Below, piece after piece: positions 1 to 6,116 of a stretch of 6,116 nucleotides of DNA. Location: the NCBI RefSeq assembly GCF_000150275.1, contig NW_002061294.1, forward strand, positions 1 through 6,116, given 5' to 3'. The DNA is from Trichoplax adhaerens. Lineage: Eukaryota; Animalia; Placozoa. Below the pieces are notes generated by a model. It did no database searches and had not been told where the DNA came from. It worked only from the letters and a program-made list of their open reading frames with translations. The position numbers and the translations under genes were made by a program. Numbering within the stretch: the first letter of the stretch is position 1; each line of letters opens with the position of its first letter.

Positions 1-1808
1 AGAGATATGACACTAGTATTTACAGTAAATGTTCTAATCTGACGTTATGATTTAAGATATAAACTGATTAATTATCTTAGAAATACCATGTCGACTCTCA
101 CTATCGGTTCTTGTTACTGTTACATTGATATAAACCTAATTTACAGGGTGTGTAGAGTTATTTTAGCAGAGATGATTTTAAAAAGCCTGTATGATTATAA
201 GGTTAAAGACACTAGCTGTCAATTGATAGAGAAGAACTAGAAAGGATAAACATAATTTTTCTATAACTATATTACCTTCGTAAATAGTTAATATCCCGTA
301 TGTAGAAATGAACTGCTTTAATGTGAATATCTGTACATTGTGCATAATCATGATCTCTATTACAGCAATCTACACATTACAGTAATGTAGTAATATAGTA
401 CGATTAAAATTTATCGCAATATTTACTTATATTTACGGATAAGTAAGCTCATACATTCTTATGGCGACCTAGAATTGTTACGTAGTAGCTCATTTAGGAT
501 ATATTTATTCGTATTTTACAGGTTACTAAAGAGAATTCGTTACGGTTAATATAGAGCTGTAGAATGAAACATCTGTATAAATAATAACCTTTGATAATAA
601 ATTCAGCTCAAGAACGCAGTTATTCAAGTGATTTAATCAAGTAAATTAGAATATAGTCTTAACTTACTTTATAAGTTGACTTAAGCATCGTAGCCTGATA
701 GATACTACGTACAGTATAGTACTTTAAGTAGTTTAAGATTGGGAGATAGATAGACTGTGAAATTAATTAATTCTGCTAGTATATCTGTATCTACTCGCTT
801 GAGTGTTATCGTAAGAAATTATAAAGGAGATCGCTCGGTCGATATTTTCTTCTTACACGTTACGCTTTATATTGTTAAATATTATAATACAAATAAGAAA
901 AACTTTCTAAACCTCTAGATTGCAACACTTTATAATAAATAATTATACAAGGCGAAAAGAAATTGACTACTTCCGGAGATATCATGAATAAACTTATTCT
1001 CATATAGCTAAATAGATACTTTGTGTTATAAATATGATAAACTGCAGTTTTATTTCAGATAGAATAAAATAACAGTAAAATCGCTAACACTATAGTGTAT
1101 TAGTGAAGACTGGCGTTACGACGGAGGGATACTCGTTTATTTACTGTCCTATAGCTTATATTAGTTAGGATTAGTTAAGGGGATGTTAATTCGACAGGGT
1201 AGTACCATGGCAGCAGTACTGTATGTCTAATTGTCTAAGCTTTACAGCGAAATATCATAGCAAGTTATATGTAAAATATATCCTACGAATTTGTGAGAAT
1301 ATTAATTGATTTATGGAGTAATTATAAGAGAACATCGCAAATTTACAGATAACCCCATCAAAATTTCAAGATATCTACTATAGTTTGAAGTATGTAATAT
1401 TAAATTTTTTCGATCGACTGATCATCTTAAAATTGTAAATTGTAAACTCTAGCTTTACTGATCGCTGTAAACTACTGTATAAAAGAGAAAAATTTTAATT
1501 ACAAAGTCTCTTGACCATAATCTAGCCTATTTATGTTTCAAAGTAGGTAAACATCGGTGGATTGTAACGAAATAGACTGTAGTAGGGATTGAATACAACT
1601 GCAATGGTTAGCAACGGTTCATAATAATTTTAAAATGCGGTTATAATATTCTATTCCTTAAAACTTTAATTATGGTTTGATTATAAAATTAAGTTACTTG
1701 GCATCAATAACTCGACGGCAGCAAATTATGATAATAACGAACAGTTATACTTATTAGTTTTATGATAAGTAGTTTACTGATGTCACAGTTATCTTCGACT
1801 ACCGATAG

Positions 1809-1817
1809 ACTTACCTT
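1809..1817 (-). other. 5' splice donor AAG|GTAAGT after GPCR exon copy 1
   Basis: Plus-strand acttacctt is AAG|GTAAGT on the minus strand, a perfect U2-type donor consensus located exactly where the GPCR-like reading frame stops. Confidence 0.85.
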
Positions 1818-2035
1818 GCTATAGCGTAAATTCCATCAGAAAGAGCTAAATTAATAGTTAAAGCATCACTTAAGTTAAGATTATGTGCTTTTCTTCCGAT
1901 AGCGAAACATAAGATTCCATTTCCAATACAGCTGAGTAGAGTAGTAATTACCAACAAGACCAAAAATACAATAGTTGTTTCTCGCGGATGGTAAAGATTG
2001 AAGTTAGATATATTTGTGTTTAGAGAAGAGTTCAT
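1815..2035 (-). CDS. First coding exon (partial CDS) of a class A rhodopsin-like GPCR, copy 1: N-terminus, TM1, ICL1 and most of TM2
   Basis: Reads MNSSLNTNISNFNLYHPRETTIVFLVLLVITTLLSCIGNGILCFAIGRKAHNLNLSDALTINLALSDGIYAIA. It has N-terminal glycosylation sequons (NSS, NIS), a hydrophobic TM1 with the GN motif (N39 = 1.50), a basic ICL1, and NLALSD (LAxxD; D67 = 2.50). The N-to-D spacing is 28 residues, as in rhodopsin N55/D83. The track start at 2041 is a TTG; the ATG is at 2035-2033 in context AAGATGA. The track stop TAA lies inside a GTAAGT donor, so the exon ends at 1815 (221 nt, phase-2 intron). Confidence 0.88.
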
Positions 2036-2332
2036 CTTCAAAGATATCTTACTATCGGTATTAAATCACAAAAATTAGATAATATTATGGATAGCAGCAT
2101 AGGAGCAATAAAATGATAAGGGATTGATAAAATCGTAACGCGAACTATCTCGTTTAATATAATAGATGTAATAGGATTTTAAGATCGTAGCCGTCACCAT
2201 GTGATGGAAATAGATATTTATTTTCTCACCTCTATAGGATCTATTACATTCACTTAATATTATTTACAATTTAAAACTTAATTATAATTCAATATCATAA
2301 GTTGTTATAAGAACTGGAGACATGGAAAGTAC

Positions 2333-2346
2333 CTGAAAGTAAAGAA
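2333..2346 (-). other. Candidate 3' splice acceptor upstream of the GPCR ATG (possible 5' UTR intron)
   Basis: Minus strand TTCTTTACTTTCAG|G: a pyrimidine tract plus CAG, about 300 nt upstream of the ATG. Motif evidence only. Confidence 0.35.
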
Positions 2347-3480
2347 TTTAATATAATTATTAAGTAACGTAGTTACCATTACAGTATAGCATTATTATTT
2401 TAAGAAGATACTACTATCATCATTGTACACATTCAATATTCTTTTCAAAGTCGTAGGCAATAACAATTAGTTTCAGGCGGTTTAGATGTATTTTATCTCT
2501 TTCTGTACGACTATGCCTAAATTGATGTTTAGTATTAATTTATTTATTTATAATTGCCGTAATGTCGCTATTGTAGTCGGTGGTCAATAAAAATATTTCC
2601 TTTCTCAATTTTTGTCATTATTATACCAGCACGGAAGTAATTTGGTTTCGTCCTTTACTTTATCGTTATTGTAATTGGTTAGTAACGTAAAACGAAGTTT
2701 TGTTTTGTCTTGACAGATGATTAGAACCAACATTAAATAAATGACGTGATTTCTCCAGTCAATAGCAAAATTAACAATTCCTTTTGTTTTAAACTTTATG
2801 GTATTAATTATCGTCTAGCAATCAATTAGTAAAACTGCTAAGGTTGGTATTCTGAATTAGATTAAATCACATATAGTTTTTCGGGAATAAACAAAAACAA
2901 CACTTACGGCCATAATAACCGGAACTTCCAATATATTTTAGCCAGTTTCTTGGTTAATTTATGACGATAAACAACTTATTAAATAAAGAATAATTACCAG
3001 TTTATGAGACAAATGAATTTTAGCAGATCATCTTTAACAGAAAAGTTTTTGTGAATTCCGTCTTGAAGTTACAGTCAATATTTTATTTTGTAAAAAATAA
3101 TTGAACTTTAACCGTCATAAATAAAATGTTACTATCAAGTCCAATCAAATATAGAAAATCGACATATAGAAGCTTTAAATAATTATATTTAACCGTTATC
3201 GAAAAAAATCATTTTCAGTGTATTATAGAAGTAATGGATTCATATGCTATATGTATCAATACTCATATCTTGATATAAATTATTAATAATGTTTGATCAT
3301 AATCAGTAATTTATATTTAAACACACACCTGCTACAGTATAAGCCTCTCTTTAGGTAATGAATGATTCATGTATGTAACATTATGATCTTATATAGAAGA
3401 TGCCTAGTATAGTAATATCCTAATATACGAATACTTATCATATACCACTTAAGTACTGTATTGCATTGCATTTATAACAT

Positions 3481-3509
3481 ACGACATCATGACGACATAT
3501 AGACGACAT
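3481..3509 (+). repeat. Short degenerate tandem repeat (ACGACAT x3, period 11)
   Basis: ACGACAT occurs at 3481, 3492 and 3503, with decayed ACAT/GACAT units on either side. Confidence 0.55.
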
Positions 3510-3621
3510 GCTATACATATAAAGACATTATCTCAATCTCATCTAAAACCTATAAAACCCTTGTAAGCTAACTCGTTAGTTAGTTCCTACGTTCCTGCTA
3601 TCTCAAATGCCTTATCTATAA

Positions 3622-3626
3622 CAACC
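3622..3626 (+). repeat. Target-site duplication, left (CAACC)
   Basis: a-CAACC|TGTCAC; identical to 4062-4066. Confidence 0.8.
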
Positions 3627-4061
3627 TGTCACAAACCAGCTTTGTGACAAGGATAACGTAAAACAAATCTCTAAATTACTACAGTCTCCGGGATTCAGTA
3701 TCCCTTAACTACCTCACAAGAATTTAGACGCTTTTGATTCTACGTTAAAACAACTATACAATTGAGAACTGCTTTATTCAACTATCCGACGGGCTTATAT
3801 ACCCTTCTACAGCAGCTAACATTCACAAGTCATCTTATATAAAGGTAAGAACATCTACTAACTAGTTTTTCACAGTCGGACTACAATATGTCCATTCACA
3901 GAATCATTTTAGTGCACATTACAGCATAGCATTAAATTTACTGTAGCACATTTATAATTAGAGTAATTCCTATTGTAAGTAACTAGTTGTAATATATTAT
4001 CACTATAATATATTAACCAAATGTAGATAGCTATTTCTTCACGGTAGTTCGTACCGTGACA
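3627..4061 (-). mobile_element. Solo LTR of an LTR retrotransposon (435 bp), superfamily unassigned
   Basis: TG...CA termini with a 6-bp inverted repeat (TGTCAC 3627-3632 / GTGACA 4056-4061), immediately flanked by identical CAACC at 3622-3626 and 4062-4066. It has LTR-like length, no long ORF, and no adjacent PBS or PPT. An internal minus-strand TATATAAG, AATAAA and Inr-like GCAGTT give the orientation. Confidence 0.8.
3767..3801 (-). promoter_or_regulatory. Putative LTR core promoter and poly(A) cassette (TATA box, AATAAA, Inr-like)
   Basis: The minus strand reads TATATAAG-CCCGTCGGATAGTTG-AATAAA-GCAGTT. The first T of TATA (3801) is 31 nt upstream of the A of CAGT (3770), the canonical TATA-to-initiator spacing. 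AATAAA is at 3778-3773. Confidence 0.6.
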
Positions 4062-4066
4062 CAACC
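4062..4066 (+). repeat. Target-site duplication, right (CAACC)
   Basis: GTGACA|CAACC-at; identical to 3622-3626. Confidence 0.8.
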
Positions 4067-5232
4067 ATATCATTGTTAGCCTATAACTTGTATCTCAATA
4101 AAATCCTTTATACCTTCTATCATCGTCTACCTTAAAATACTTTACGCTACTTAAAGAAGATATTATTACAATGTACAGAGAAAAATTTAAATAATTTTAT
4201 CTTACTTTATTTCTTGCCCAAAATAAGAAACTCTCCATCTGGGCTTGACTCTCTAGCCATAATACATGCAACTTAAGATAATAATATTAGTACACTAATC
4301 TTTTTATTACGACTAAAACACGCTTAGATTTCATTACGCTTCAGTCCAATATTCTTTTAGACTAAGAATGTAAATTTAATTAGCGTAAATAATTGACGGT
4401 ATTTTTCTATTTACGCCACAATTTAGTCCTTTCTTGAGTACGGTATTCTATAGAAATCAATTGTAATTTTTAATGGATCAAAGCTAATGGATAAGGGAGA
4501 AACCTTTTATCGTTATGAATTGCAGTACTAAAAATGAAAAATATGCCTATGCGCGGCTAATTATATGGCGACAAAATATATATCATTGAAAGACTGAGAA
4601 TTGTATTTCAATCTAAAGTCGATTAGTATTCCTAAAAGCCCACCTTGTTGTTTTCGAGACATATTGCATCCTATCAAGCCAAGGCTGCAAGTATGCAATC
4701 ACTGCCGCATTGCAATATAGTCAAAATTCGATATGTGATAATAATAGCATTATAATTATTCTAAAATAAAAGAATTGTTTATTTCTAATGATTACTTTTA
4801 AAAGACTGACACGCGCAACGCTCATATGAACGTAGCTCTACTGTTCATCGATTATTAATTTCAAGATTACCCTGTTACAACAGCTATAGTTTGTACATCT
4901 TTCTGGAAGAGAAATGCATATACCAAGTAATGATATAAATTTCTTTTAGGTTAAAGCTAAACGAAAGAGGGATTAGATTTTTATACAGAAAAATAAAAAT
5001 AAACTCTCTAAGATTACTAATTAATCGGCTAGCTCGTAACATACATGGAAGCTGATGTAGAGTATTCTTAATTACGTAGACCCTGTTTAGAGGACAGTTT
5101 TGATTATATAAATTGTACGGATGCGGTGCCGATATAATTCAATTTCAATCCAAAGAGGCTATGATTAGTGCGCTATCCTACGTAGGGCGCAAAAACTGTT
5201 ATCAAAATCGAAATATATAAGATTCATGATAC

Positions 5233-5282
5233 NNNNNNNNNNNNNNNNNNNNNNNNNNNNNNNNNNNNNNNNNNNNNNNNNN
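5233..5282. other. Assembly gap (50 N)
   Basis: A run of 50 n. The round number suggests a placeholder of unknown true length. Confidence 0.99.
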
Positions 5283-5379
5283 TCGACGGCAGCAAATTAT
5301 GATAATAACGAACAGTTATACTTATTAGTTTTATGATAAGTAGTTTACTGATGTCACAGTTATCTTCGACTACCGATAG

Positions 5380-5388
5380 ACTTACCTT
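5380..5388 (-). other. 5' splice donor AAG|GTAAGT after GPCR exon copy 2
   Basis: Same consensus donor as in copy 1. Confidence 0.8.
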
Positions 5389-5606
5389 ACTATAGCGTAA
5401 ATTCCATCAGAAAGAGCTAAATTAATAGTTAAGGTGTCATTTAAGTTAAGATTATGTGCTTTTCTTCCGATAGCGAAACATAAGATTCCATTTCCAATAC
5501 AGCTGAGTAGAGTAGTAATTACCAACAAGACCAAAAATACAATAGTTGTTTCTCGCGGATGGTAAAGATTGAAGTTAGATATATTTGTGTTTAGAGAAGA
5601 GTTCAT
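5386..5606 (-). CDS. First coding exon (partial CDS) of a class A rhodopsin-like GPCR, copy 2 (paralog or allele)
   Basis: Same exon at offset +3571, with 5 nucleotide differences giving S56N, A58T and A73V. It keeps the same ATG context and the AG|GTAAGT donor. Its intron runs into the assembly gap after about 100 nt. Confidence 0.8.
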
Positions 5607-6116
5607 CTTCAAAGATATCTTGCTATCGGTATTAAATCACAAAAATTAGATAATATTATGGATAGCAGCATAGGAGCAATAAAATGATAAGGGATTGATA
5701 AAATCGTAACGCGAACTATCTCGTTTAATATAATAGATGTAATAGGATTTTAAGATCGTAGCCGTCACCATGTGATGGAAATAGATATCTATTTTCTCTC
5801 CTCTATAGGATCTATTACATTCACTTAATATTATTTACAATTTAAAACTTAATTATAATTCAATATCATAAGTTGTTATAAGAACTGGAGACATGGAAAG
5901 TACCTGAAAGTAAAGAATTTAATATAATTATTAAGTAACGTAGTTACCATTACAGTATAGCATTATTATTTTAAGAAGATACTACTATCATCATTGTACA
6001 CATTCAATATTCTTTTCAAAGTCGTAGGCAATAACAATTAGTTTCAGGCGGTTTAGATGTATTTTATCTCTTTCTGTACGACTATGCCTAAATTGATGTT
6101 TAGTATTAATTTATTT

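Larger units (their letters stand above)
1712..2545 (+). repeat. 834-bp direct repeat, copy 1
   Basis: Aligns by eye without gaps to 5283-6116. Mismatches are at 1818, 1862, 1864, 1865, 1869, 2051, 2218 and 2228 (about 99% identity). The limits are set by the gap and the window end, not by loss of similarity. Confidence 0.97.
5283..6116 (+). repeat. 834-bp direct repeat, copy 2 (truncated by the gap and the window end)
   Basis: Begins at the first base after the N-run (tcgacggcagc, matching 1712) and matches copy 1 through the last base of the window. Confidence 0.97.

Noticed and set aside
1081-1106. Palindrome ACACTATAGTGT with imperfect outer arms
   Set aside because: It is short and AT-rich with no associated boundary or second copy, so it is compatible with chance.
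1530-1625. Short minus-strand open frame (EPLLTIAVVFNPYYSLFRYNPPMFTYFET*) considered as GPCR exon 2
   Set aside because: It is bounded by stops, has no downstream donor, and lacks the ECL1/TM3 signature.
1811-2041. 76-aa ORFs (here and at 5382-5612) read as complete small membrane proteins, such as a holin or toxin
   Set aside because: The track start is a TTG, the stop lies inside a consensus GTAAGT donor, and the GN and LAxxD motifs with 28-residue spacing identify a class A GPCR exon.
1800-2060. 9-bp inverted repeat (TACCGATAG at 1800-1808 / CTATCGGTA at 2052-2060) bracketing the GPCR exon, suggesting a transposon-captured exon
   Set aside because: It does not extend beyond 9 bp, has no flanking TSD, and the duplicated segment runs well past it. 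Similar words occur at 101-108 and 1896-1902.
3481-3530. ACGACAT repeats as a CRISPR-like or iteron array
   Set aside because: There are only three 7-mers with 4-nt spacers in a eukaryotic context, which fits a simple decayed tandem repeat.
3836-3936. Plus-strand TATATAAA (3836) and ATTAAA (3931) as an alternative LTR orientation
   Set aside because: The minus strand has a canonical AATAAA and TATA-to-Inr spacing of 31 nt, so it is preferred. The plus orientation is not strictly excluded.
4610-4735. Slightly GC-richer stretch considered as a downstream GPCR exon
   Set aside because: The frames I translated are short and show no convincing TM3 DRY context, CWxP or NPxxY motif.
1-6116. Assignment to a species or a GPCR ligand subfamily
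   Set aside because: Base composition and TM1-TM2 alone are not diagnostic. A database search is required.

Overview
AT-rich eukaryotic (probably animal) genomic scaffold sequence with a 50-N assembly gap at 5233-5282; no prokaryotic-type features are present. The two 76-aa ORFs in the track are not complete genes. Each is the first coding exon (N-terminus, TM1 and most of TM2) of a class A rhodopsin-like GPCR on the minus strand, starting at an ATG (2035 / 5606) and ending at an AG|GTAAGT splice donor. They lie in an 834-bp near-identical direct repeat (1712-2545 vs 5283-6116, 8 substitutions) whose second copy starts at the gap, so it is either a recent tandem duplication or an uncollapsed haplotype. 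Between the copies is an ORF-less 435-bp element (3627-4061) that looks like an intact solo LTR: TGTCAC...GTGACA ends, a perfect 5-bp target-site duplication (CAACC), a hairpin at each end, and a minus-strand TATA / AATAAA / Inr-like cassette pointing toward the GPCR exon. I could not confidently identify the downstream GPCR exons in this window, and I found no evidence for a wholly new biological system.
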